A DNA stretch of 32,000 nt from Acaryochloris thomasi RCC1774. Its GTDB lineage: Bacteria; Cyanobacteriota; Cyanobacteriia; Thermosynechococcales; Thermosynechococcaceae. Shown piece by piece: positions 17,503 to 25,338 of this stretch. Below the pieces are notes generated by a model. The model searched no databases. It was not told where the DNA came from and saw only the letters and a program-made list of their open reading frames with translations. Position 1 is the first letter of the stretch, and each line of letters opens with the position of its first letter. Both the position numbers and the translations under genes were made by a program. The stretch covers positions 60,001-92,000 of the forward strand of contig NZ_PQWO01000005.1 of assembly GCF_003231495.1 (NCBI RefSeq), written 5' to 3'.

Positions 17503-19731
17503 CTATCGCCGTGAACCTAACGCAGCGGAAGCAGACAGGTTATTTTTACCAGACTCCTGCGCTTGAACAGCCGATTGCTCCCGAGACTTTCTCAGGGGGA
17601 TAATTTGCACGGCACAGGCTTTGAGTTCTGGCTCTAAAGAAATGGGACAGACTGCTGGATGGGTGAGCGCGTTCACTTCAGCATCATCGGCCCAAAGCGC
17701 ACCCCAGTGCATGGGCATAAAGACGGTGCCAGGAGAAATAGCTTTAGTGATCTGAGCCGGGAGTTTTGCTTGACCACGACGCGATCGCAACTCCACCCAC
17801 TCCCCCTCTTCAATCTCAAGTTTTTGAGCATCACGGGGATGAATCTCAAGAAACGGCTCGGGGTGCATCTTAACAATCTTAGGAATCCGACCCGTACGGC
17901 TTTGGGTATGCCAGTGGCCGTACAGCCGCCCCGTCGTCAGCACCAGAGGGAACTCAGGATCGGGGGGTTCTGCTAAACCTTTGGCATGAAACGCACTGAA
18001 CTTAGCCCGTCCATCCGCCGTTGGGAAGCGCTGATCGGTGTATAAGCGCTTACCCGACTGCTGCGGATTCATTTCCCACTCAGGGCAGGGCCACTGAATC
18101 GGGCCTTGGTTGCGTAAACGCTCATGACTAAGACCTGCCATATCGCAGACTCGGTTCTGCGTTAGCCGTACAAACTCGTCATAAACCTCAGCCGAACTCT
18201 CAAAATCAAACGCTGCCTCATAGCCCAAACGTCGTCCTACTTCTGCAAAAATCTCCCAGTCAGCCCTAGCATCCCAGGTTAGGTTACGGAACTTGGGGCA
18301 GTAGGTGACCACCCGCTCAGAATTGGTCATAATCCCAGTTTTCTCACCCCACTGAGCCGCAGGCAGCAGCACATGGGCAAACTCCGCCGTCTCGGTAGGG
18401 TAATAAGCATCCTGACAGACCGTAAACGGTGACTTTCGCAACGCCGATTTCGTGCGTTCAATATCAGGCATACTCACCGCGGGATTGGTCGCAGCCACCC
18501 AAAAAACGCCGACCTTTCGCTGCTCTAAGCCCACAATCATGTCCCAGGCCGCTAGCCCTGGATTCGGAGAGATGCTGCCCTCCGGTAAACGCCAGACCTG
18601 CTCAACCTCTTGGCGATGCTCAGGATTTTTCACCACCCGATAACCGGGCAAAATATGCGACAGTCCACCCGCTTCTCTGCCCCCCATCGCATTGGGTTGG
18701 CCCGTCAACGAAAAAGGACCCGCTCCCGGCTTACCAAGATTGCCCGTCATGAGGTGCAGATTAATAATCGTACGAACTTTAGCCGTCCCTTCAGAAGATT
18801 GATTGATGCCCATTGACCATAGAGACAGCACTTTTTTAGACTCGCCCCAGTAACGAGCCGCTTTCTCTAGATCATCAACGCGAATGCCGCAGTCTCGAGC
18901 CACCAATTCCGGTGGATAATCCTTTAAGACCTTTGCAAAGGTAGCAAAGCCAGCCGTACACTCGTCGATAAACAACGAGTCAAATTTATTCCAGCGCAGC
19001 AGTAAATGGGCGATGCCGTTGAGGAGATTAATATCAGTTCCCGGTTTGATCGCTAGATGTAAGTCTGCGTTCTTAGTCGTACTGGTAGCGCGCGGGTCCA
19101 CCACAATCAGCTTGACGTTTCGGTTTTTCTTGTGATGCTTCTGCAGGCGATTAAAAACGATGGGATGGCATTCAGCCGTATTGGTGCCAATCAAAAACGC
19201 GCAGTCCGTCTCTTCTAAATCGTCATAGCAGGCTGGAGGGCCGTCAGAACCAAAGCTTTGGATATATCCTGCCACCGCCGAAGACATGCACAGACGTGAG
19301 TTAGCATCGAAGTTGTTCGTCCCTAAGCAGCCCTTGATTAGCTTTTGGGCAATGTAATAATCCTCTGTCTGAAACTGGCCCGATCCATACATGCAGATGG
19401 CGTCTGGCCCTTGGGCTGCTACGACCTTTTTGATTTGAAGCGCAATCCGATCGAGGGCTTCATCCCAAGTGACTTCACGAAAGGGCTGATCCAAAGAATC
19501 ACGAATCATCGGGACTTTAAGCCGATCTTTCTCTAGAGATTCAGCAATAGTGGCCCCCTTGACGCAGACCTGACCTTTACTAGAGGGATGGTTGCGATCT
19601 CCCCTCACCTGCCACATGGGATTGCCCAATGAATCACGGGTCACGGGCTTACCCGGTAGGGCCGGGGGCAAAACTTCTAAGCCGCAGCCCACACCACAGT
19701 AAGGACAAAGAGTCTTAGTAGGAGCTACCAT
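17503..19731 (-). CDS. narB: Ferredoxin-dependent assimilatory nitrate reductase (molybdopterin oxidoreductase)
   Basis: The N terminus [20 protein letters not shown] carries the CxxCxxxC 4Fe-4S motif typical of cyanobacterial NarB, and the rest has a molybdopterin-oxidoreductase-type body. It lies downstream of nirA and nrtP. The ORF-track Met at 19806 adds 25 non-homologous residues, so ATG 19731 is preferred (742 aa). Confidence 0.93.
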   Translation of the reverse strand: MVAPTKTLCPYCGVGCGLEVLPPALPGKPVTRDSLGNPMWQVRGDRNHPSSKGQVCVKGATIAESLEKDRLKVPMIRDSLDQPFREVTWDEALDRIALQIKKVVAAQGPDAICMYGSGQFQTEDYYIAQKLIKGCLGTNNFDANSRLCMSSAVAGYIQSFGSDGPPACYDDLEETDCAFLIGTNTAECHPIVFNRLQKHHKKNRNVKLIVVDPRATSTTKNADLHLAIKPGTDINLLNGIAHLLLRWNKFDSLFIDECTAGFATFAKVLKDYPPELVARDCGIRVDDLEKAARYWGESKKVLSLWSMGINQSSEGTAKVRTIINLHLMTGNLGKPGAGPFSLTGQPNAMGGREAGGLSHILPGYRVVKNPEHRQEVEQVWRLPEGSISPNPGLAAWDMIVGLEQRKVGVFWVAATNPAVSMPDIERTKSALRKSPFTVCQDAYYPTETAEFAHVLLPAAQWGEKTGIMTNSERVVTYCPKFRNLTWDARADWEIFAEVGRRLGYEAAFDFESSAEVYDEFVRLTQNRVCDMAGLSHERLRNQGPIQWPCPEWEMNPQQSGKRLYTDQRFPTADGRAKFSAFHAKGLAEPPDPEFPLVLTTGRLYGHWHTQSRTGRIPKIVKMHPEPFLEIHPRDAQKLEIEEGEWVELRSRRGQAKLPAQITKAISPGTVFMPMHWGALWADDAEVNALTHPAVCPISLEPELKACAVQIIPLRKSREQSAVQAQESGKNNLSASAALGSRR
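17781..17788. repeat. HIP1 palindrome GCGATCGC
   Basis: Exact match, inside narB. Confidence 0.9.
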
Positions 19732-19845
19732 AATGCGTCTTTTAAACGACAGATTAAAAATAGAGAAATCAGCATCACAAGACCTTGGCCCTATGATGCT
19801 GAACATTGATCAAAGCAACTGTCTCATCGGAGACATATTGAGACG

Positions 19846-21465
19846 CTAGACATTGGTTCTAACTTGAGCTGGGGCTGCCGCATAGTTACTTTCTTCACCT
19901 TCATGCAGCTCAGCAAAAGAGTCCTTGGGTTCTTCTAAAAAGAACACGCAAAGGAAAGCCACAATCAATCCGGCTACACCTAAAACCTGGAAAAAAGCAG
20001 CGTTGACGCTGGCAAGCACCTCAGGAGTCGGATCTATGCCTCCTGAAAAGTTTTCTGTTAATAGAAGGCGAGTTGTAAGATAGGCCACTGCACCGACGTT
20101 TCCGTAAGCACCAACATTCCCAGCAATCTGGCCGGTGACGCGACGCTTCACCAGCGGCACAATCGCAAAGGTCGCGCCTTCAGATGCCTGCACAAAGAAT
20201 GAGCAAGCCATCGTTAGCAGAATCGCACCCGGTAACCACCAGCCCCCGTTAACGCTGCCCATCAGCAGATAGCCAATTCCCATACCGCCTGTGAGAATCA
20301 CCATGGTCCACTTGCGGCTGCCCATACGGTCAGAAATAATGCCGCCCCCTGGACGAGACACTAGGTTCATAAAGGCATAGCTGGCAGCAATAATACCGGC
20401 AGTCGCCTTGTCCAAACCAAAGGTACCTTCAAAGAAAGCTGGCAGCATGGTCACCACCGCTAACTCAGAACCGAAATTAACAATGTAAGTGAGCTCTAAA
20501 ATTGCAACTTGCTTGAACTTAAAGCGATCTTCGGGTGGATACCGCTTGCGACCGGCCAGCAGATCTTTATTAACGGTCCAGCAGTTATAGGCCTGAAAGA
20601 GGTACAAGCCCAGTAGTGCCAGCCAAGCAATTACCATGGCTCCATTCGAGAGGAAGCCAACTTTTTCTAAACGCCAAGCCAAGACCATCAAAATCAGGGT
20701 CAAGGGCACATTCATCGCCATCAAGAACCAAAAGTCACGGGCAGAGGTGACTTCCATGCCTCGGGCGCTAGTGGGACGCTGATAGACTTTGCCCGGTGGT
20801 GTGTTAGTGACGTTGTTGTAATAAATGACGCCGTAAATAGCGGCAAAGATTCCAGACCCGGCAATGGCGGCCCGCCAGTTCAGCACATCACTACTAAATG
20901 AAGGGAAAAACAAAATCTTAAAGGTTTCAGGCTCTCCGAAATTAAAGGCTCCGGGGATAATGCTGCTCAAGATAACGGCAAAGATCACCATTGTGAAAGC
21001 AGAGAAAGCAGAGCCGAAGTTCCCCCAACCGCCATAGATACCTTCTGCCGTACCCACTTCTTTCGGCGGAAACCACTCTGCAGTCATACGAATGCCGATC
21101 ACAAAGCCAGCACCGACAATCCCCATCAACAGACGACCCACTACCAGCTGACTGAAGCCGCCCTCTGCTGGAGCCGTCGCAAAAATCAGGCAGGGAATCG
21201 CTGAATAGACGAGCAAACAAGAGTAGGTCAAACGGGGACCGTAGCGGTCTAACACCATCCCGATTAAGATACGGGCAGGAACCGTCAGCGCTACGTTACA
21301 GAGTCCGATGGTCTGGACCTGCTGTGGTGACAAGCCAAATTCTTGCTGAATTGTGGTGGCAAAAGGTGGAAAGTTAAACCAGACAACAAAGCTCAGGAAA
21401 AAAGCAAACCAGGTCAAATGTAAGATCTTGTAGCGGCCCTTAAAGGACAGCAATTGCGTGAGCAT
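19846..21465 (-). CDS. nrtP: MFS nitrate/nitrite permease (NNP family)
   Basis: 539 aa with many hydrophobic helices. The N terminus MLTQLLSFKGRYKILHLTWFAFFLSFVVWFNFPPFATTI matches my recollection of cyanobacterial NrtP/NapA. It sits between nirA and narB. A GGAGA Shine-Dalgarno sequence lies 7 nt upstream of the ATG. Confidence 0.9.
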   Translation of the reverse strand: MLTQLLSFKGRYKILHLTWFAFFLSFVVWFNFPPFATTIQQEFGLSPQQVQTIGLCNVALTVPARILIGMVLDRYGPRLTYSCLLVYSAIPCLIFATAPAEGGFSQLVVGRLLMGIVGAGFVIGIRMTAEWFPPKEVGTAEGIYGGWGNFGSAFSAFTMVIFAVILSSIIPGAFNFGEPETFKILFFPSFSSDVLNWRAAIAGSGIFAAIYGVIYYNNVTNTPPGKVYQRPTSARGMEVTSARDFWFLMAMNVPLTLILMVLAWRLEKVGFLSNGAMVIAWLALLGLYLFQAYNCWTVNKDLLAGRKRYPPEDRFKFKQVAILELTYIVNFGSELAVVTMLPAFFEGTFGLDKATAGIIAASYAFMNLVSRPGGGIISDRMGSRKWTMVILTGGMGIGYLLMGSVNGGWWLPGAILLTMACSFFVQASEGATFAIVPLVKRRVTGQIAGNVGAYGNVGAVAYLTTRLLLTENFSGGIDPTPEVLASVNAAFFQVLGVAGLIVAFLCVFFLEEPKDSFAELHEGEESNYAAAPAQVRTNV

Positions 21466-21587
21466 GGACTCGTCTCCTGTTCCAAAAAAAATTCAGTTTA
21501 TACAACAGCCGATCTAGCTCCCATAGATGGCTGAGGATTTCTTTCAACAAACCGTAGGGGTAGAGCTTCCCTGGATTCAGGCTCTCT

Positions 21588-23537
21588 TCAGTCAGTGAGC
21601 ACAACTCGCCCTACGGGATGGGCAATGCAGGTCAGGATATACCCGGCCTCTTGCTCATCGGCCTCCAAGCCATCGGGGTCACCAGCGTAGGAGATATCTC
21701 CCTCTAGTAGCTTTTGCTTGCAGGTGCCGCAGCTACCGGACTGGCAACTGCTCTCAATGGCAACCCCAGCCTGTTCAGCAAACTCAAGAATGGTTTGACT
21801 GTCGTCTCCCTCAATGGCTTGGCCTGCGATGCAGACCACGGCAGGCTTGGGCGGGGCGGCAGGTTCTGCAGGGGCAGTAGTCGCCGCCGCTGTCGGGGCT
21901 GGAGGTGTGAAAACTTGCTGGTCTTGACGGTCGGCAACCATCGTTAGACTTGCTGAACGATGGCGACCGAGTCGAGCGCCTGTGACTGAATCTGAGCATT
22001 CAGGATCGCGAGGTTGGGCACCAAAGTTTTCTGTGAGCAACCCCTTGAGGACATCTTTAAGATCTTCGCAAGGAACGCTTTGCTGGACGCATTCACCGAG
22101 CTTTGCGTCTTTGCCTACGGTGCCGCCCATGTAAATATTGACGGCCTCAACGGTTTTGCCATCTTTGCGGGCCTTAGTCCCCATGAGGCCAATATCGGCA
22201 ACTTGGGGCTGACCGCAGGAGTTAGGACAGCCGGTAAAGTGCATTCGCACCGGCTTGGGAAGATCGAGTTCTTGATCGAGTTCATCGATCAGTGCCGTCG
22301 CCTGATTTTTGGTTTCAATCAGGCCAAATTTGCAAAACTGGCTACCGGTGCAGGAGACAAGGGCGCGGGCTAGGGGTTTAGGTTCGACGGAAAAAACGTC
22401 GAGGAGTGGCTCCCGCAGAAAAGCACCTAAGCGTGAGTCTGGGATATTTGGAATAATTGCGTTCTGCTCCACCGTGAGCCGAATTTCACCACTGCCGTAT
22501 ACGTCTGCAAGTCGAGCCAGATCAAACATTTCAGCAGCGAAGAGGCGACCCACGGGGATATGCACACCCACAAAGTTCAACCCCGGCTGCTTTTGGGCAT
22601 GGACACCAATGTGATCACGTTTATCCCACAGAATCTCATCTTTTTCAGCTTCGGTTTCGAGGTCACAGCCAATGTGCGCTTCAATGGCAGCACGAAACTT
22701 TTCCATGCCCCACTCTTCGATCAGCCACATCAGGCGCGACTGATGACGCTTAGCTCGGGAACCATGATCTCGAAAGATAACAAGAATGGCTTCAGAGATA
22801 GCAACAACGTCTAGTGGCTCCACCCAAACATTGAGCGGAATCGCGGGGGCGCAGCGTTTGGCAGAGAAGAAGCCGCCCACTAATACGTTGAAGCCCAGTT
22901 TCTTATTCTTGTATGCCGGTACAAAGGCAATGTCGTTGATTTCAGCATGTACAGAGTTGTCGCGGCAACCTGCGATCGCAATGTTGAATTTACGGGGCAG
23001 ATTGGTGAACGAAGGGTTCCCCTTGCTGTTGTTGGTAATCATGTCTTGGACCTTACGGACCAGGCCCCGCGTGTCGATCAGCTCATCAGCATCGAGACCC
23101 GCCACCGGCGACCCTGTGATGTTGCGAACGTTATCCATGCCCGACTGAATGCTGGTTAACCCCGCCTGCTCTAGGCGCTGAAAAATATCAGGAATATCTT
23201 CAAGACGAACCCCCCGCAACTGCAGATTTTGACGGGTCGTAATGTCTGCATTACCATCATCGCCGTAGCGCTGAACGATTTCAGCGAGCGTCCGCATTTG
23301 ACCACTGGTAATACAGCCGTGGGGCATCCGCAGCCGCAGCATGAACTTACCAGGGGTGACGGGACGAAAGAAAATGCCCAGCCACTTAAGGCGCTGCGTC
23401 AGATCGGTCTCATCCATGGCTTCCCAGCCAATCTGAGCAAAGTGGTCTAGCTCTTCTTTGACTGCAAGACCATCTTTCTCGACCTTATAGCGCTCAAACT
23501 TATTTAGTTTTTCTGGCAAATTTATGGTCGTAGTCAA
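21588..23537 (-). CDS. nirA: Ferredoxin-nitrite reductase fused to a C-terminal plant-type 2Fe-2S ferredoxin domain
   Basis: LNKFERYKVEKDGLAVKEELDHFAQIGWEAMDE...LKWLGIFFRPVTPGKFMLRLR is NirA-like. The siroheme/4Fe-4S cysteines are present (SCTGSQFC, GCPNSC). A Pro/Ala-rich linker is followed by CQSGSCGTC...LTCIA. The ORF track starts at GTG 23597. TTG 23537 (MTTTINLPEKLNKFE) is preferred because AGGGAG lies 9 nt upstream and the N-terminal length then matches known NirA. The start remains uncertain. Confidence 0.92.
   Translation of the reverse strand: MTTTINLPEKLNKFERYKVEKDGLAVKEELDHFAQIGWEAMDETDLTQRLKWLGIFFRPVTPGKFMLRLRMPHGCITSGQMRTLAEIVQRYGDDGNADITTRQNLQLRGVRLEDIPDIFQRLEQAGLTSIQSGMDNVRNITGSPVAGLDADELIDTRGLVRKVQDMITNNSKGNPSFTNLPRKFNIAIAGCRDNSVHAEINDIAFVPAYKNKKLGFNVLVGGFFSAKRCAPAIPLNVWVEPLDVVAISEAILVIFRDHGSRAKRHQSRLMWLIEEWGMEKFRAAIEAHIGCDLETEAEKDEILWDKRDHIGVHAQKQPGLNFVGVHIPVGRLFAAEMFDLARLADVYGSGEIRLTVEQNAIIPNIPDSRLGAFLREPLLDVFSVEPKPLARALVSCTGSQFCKFGLIETKNQATALIDELDQELDLPKPVRMHFTGCPNSCGQPQVADIGLMGTKARKDGKTVEAVNIYMGGTVGKDAKLGECVQQSVPCEDLKDVLKGLLTENFGAQPRDPECSDSVTGARLGRHRSASLTMVADRQDQQVFTPPAPTAAATTAPAEPAAPPKPAVVCIAGQAIEGDDSQTILEFAEQAGVAIESSCQSGSCGTCKQKLLEGDISYAGDPDGLEADEQEAGYILTCIAHPVGRVVLTD
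22972..22979. repeat. HIP1 palindrome GCGATCGC
   Basis: Exact match, inside nirA. Confidence 0.9.
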
Positions 23538-23621
23538 AGCGGGGCACTCCCTAAAGACAGTCGAATGAAGATTTAATCTGATGGCCCACGGCTGCACAGG
23601 TATAAAAACTCATTAGAAGTC

Positions 23622-23663
23622 AAGATAGCGAGGGTCACTCATAGGGTTCGTAGCGATAGCTAC
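23622..23663 (-). promoter_or_regulatory. NtcA-activated (class II) promoter of nirA: GTA-N8-TAC, 22-nt spacer, -10 box TATCTT
   Basis: The plus strand reads GTAGCGATAGCTAC at 23650-23663. On the minus strand this is GTAgctatcgcTAC, followed by exactly 22 nt and then TATCTT (plus-strand 23622-23627). This fits the consensus GTAN8TAC-N22-TAN3T. The predicted transcription start is near 23615. Confidence 0.85.
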
Positions 23664-23790
23664 CAAATGTTAAGCTTTTATGAAGAACACGCGATATTTC
23701 TATGCAAGATCGACATGCAAAAATCGCATTGTTTCTCTAGTTGAGTGCATATAAGAGATAGAGAAGTTGGTCCCTGACGCAAGCCACGAT

Positions 23791-24927
23791 ATGTCAACAC
23801 TGACCGCCGCACTTGAGGTTTTACAATCCGGTGACTTTCATGCCCGCTGGGATGCGGCCAAGGCACTTGCGGGTTTTGGAGAACAAGCAATCGCACCCCT
23901 GGCGCAGCTTTTGCAGAGTCCTGACTCTGATGTAGAGCTGCAGTGGGTGGCGGCACGGGCGCTGGGTGACTTTCAGCACCCTGATGCACTAATGGCATTA
24001 GCCACTTCGCTCTGTACCACTGAAGATGACGAGATTAGCGAAATTGCCGCGGAGACCCTAGGCAGTATGGGGGCAGCGGCGATTCCGATTTTAGAGGACT
24101 ATCTGCAGAGCCATCAGACGACGTTACCTGCGATTCAAGCACTAGCCCATATCCGTGATGCTAAAACAATTCCCCTGCTGCTGCAGGCCGCTCAGCAGGA
24201 ACGGGCAGAGATTCGGGCAGCGGCGATGGAAGCACTTAGCGCTTTTCATAGACCTCAAGTTGTCCCTGCTCTGATACAAGGACTGAGCGATCTGAGTCCT
24301 CAGGTACGGCAGATCGCTGTGATGGGGCTTGGATATCGGCCACAAGAGCCACTCGACTGGATGACTCTGGTTCAGCCGCTGCTGCACGATGACAGCTTGC
24401 AGGTTAGTCAGCAGACAGCCTTAACCCTGGGACGGTTGGGGTTGACCCAGCCTTTGCTGAACCATTTAAAGACAGATTGTTCTGTTGCACTGAAGCGCAC
24501 GGTTATTCAAGCTTTGGGGCGGGTGGGTAATCGTCAGGCTTTGCAGCATCTAAGGCAGGCATTTCAGTTAGCAGCGGCATCAGAGTCTTGGGATCTGGCG
24601 CGAGGCGTGATTGATGAGATCGCAACTCTACAAACCCAGCAGCCATTGGCCACCCAAATGTTGCTAGAGATTCTAGAGCAGCCGCAGCCGATGATGATTT
24701 TAAATGCGATCGCAACTGCCCTCGGTCAACTCAGACAACCCGAAGCGATGGAGGCCCTGATTCAGCTTTTGGCCCAGCCGGATTTAGGGGTTCGACTACA
24801 TGCGATCGCAGCCCTCAAACAGCTCCAGAACTGTAATGTGCACCAGCACTTGCAGACCTTAGCAAATAATCCTGAAGTGACGGCCGAGCTCACCACGGGA
24901 GTGACTCTTGCTCTCCAAGAATGGTAG
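23791..24927 (+). CDS. HEAT-repeat (PBS-lyase HEAT-like repeat) protein, divergent from nirA
   Basis: All-helical, Ala/Leu-rich sequence with recurring units such as ARWDAAKALAGFGEQAIAPLAQLL, VAARALGDF, RAAAMEALSAF, VRQIAVMGLGY, VIQALGRVG and LHAIAALKQL. The ORF track starts at TTG 23767; ATG 23791 (MSTLTAALEVLQSGD) is preferred. Confidence 0.75.
   Translation: MSTLTAALEVLQSGDFHARWDAAKALAGFGEQAIAPLAQLLQSPDSDVELQWVAARALGDFQHPDALMALATSLCTTEDDEISEIAAETLGSMGAAAIPILEDYLQSHQTTLPAIQALAHIRDAKTIPLLLQAAQQERAEIRAAAMEALSAFHRPQVVPALIQGLSDLSPQVRQIAVMGLGYRPQEPLDWMTLVQPLLHDDSLQVSQQTALTLGRLGLTQPLLNHLKTDCSVALKRTVIQALGRVGNRQALQHLRQAFQLAAASESWDLARGVIDEIATLQTQQPLATQMLLEILEQPQPMMILNAIATALGQLRQPEAMEALIQLLAQPDLGVRLHAIAALKQLQNCNVHQHLQTLANNPEVTAELTTGVTLALQEW
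24706..24713. repeat. HIP1 palindrome GCGATCGC
   Basis: Exact match, inside the HEAT-repeat gene. Confidence 0.9.
24802..24809. repeat. HIP1 palindrome GCGATCGC
   Basis: Exact match, inside the HEAT-repeat gene. Confidence 0.9.
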
Positions 24928-25338
24928 AGAAGCAGATCGGTACCACGAGGCCTGAACAGACAATGTGATCAGCATGAAGCGTCAAGAAATACTTTTAGGC
25001 AAAGCAGATAATATACAAATCAGCACTCAAAAACATACAAATCCTTCAAGAAAACAAACATTTACAGAATGATCTCAAACACTTAGCAAATGAAAGATAT
25101 TACTTAATAGCTCATCAAGATTTTAAGCTGGGAAGCAAAGCAGCCGTATTGCAGAATCGATAAACTATATTAGGCAGATTAACCAGAGTATCTTCCGAAC
25201 ACAATCTACGAATTAACCATATTTTTTTACTGGAAAAATAAAATAAACTTTCCAATAATTATGCTTTTAAAGTTAAACCTATAGTTGCGTCGTCAGTTTA
25301 ATACTAGGTTTCAGCACAAGCCACGGGGGATACAAGGC

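Noticed and set aside
17514-17550. Possible intrinsic terminator for gene D: AACCT (17514-17518) pairs with AGGTT (17537-17541), followed by ATTTTTA.
   Set aside because: The stem is only 5 bp with an 18-nt loop, and it lies inside the narB coding sequence. This is too weak to call.
19732-19806. N-terminal extension of narB in the ORF track ([25 protein letters not shown]).
   Set aside because: The homologous NarB N terminus starts at [16 protein letters not shown] (ATG 19731). The extension overlaps the structured intercistronic region.
20942-21220. 92-aa alternate-frame ORF on the minus strand inside nrtP.
   Set aside because: It is fully nested in the permease gene, Cys/Arg/Ser-rich, and lacks independent start signals.
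21704-22373. Several 60-120-aa ORFs on both strands over the nirA linker/ferredoxin region and core (21704-21937, 21714-21947, 21811-21999, 22014-22373).
   Set aside because: They are nested in nirA. Their Arg/Pro/Gly-rich translations are typical of off-frame reading of GC-rich Pro/Ala linker codons.
23538-23597. GTG-initiated extension of nirA (MQPWAIRLNLHSTVFRECPA).
   Set aside because: It would place the start only about 17 nt from the predicted transcription start, with no ribosome-binding site. TTG 23537 has AGGGAG upstream and gives a NirA-like N terminus. The extension is not fully excluded.
23678-23998. 106-aa minus-strand ORF spanning the nirA/HEAT-gene control region and the 5' end of the HEAT gene.
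   Set aside because: It overlaps the NtcA-adjacent regulatory DNA and the better-supported plus-strand gene. Its Pro/Ala/Gln-rich translation has no motifs.
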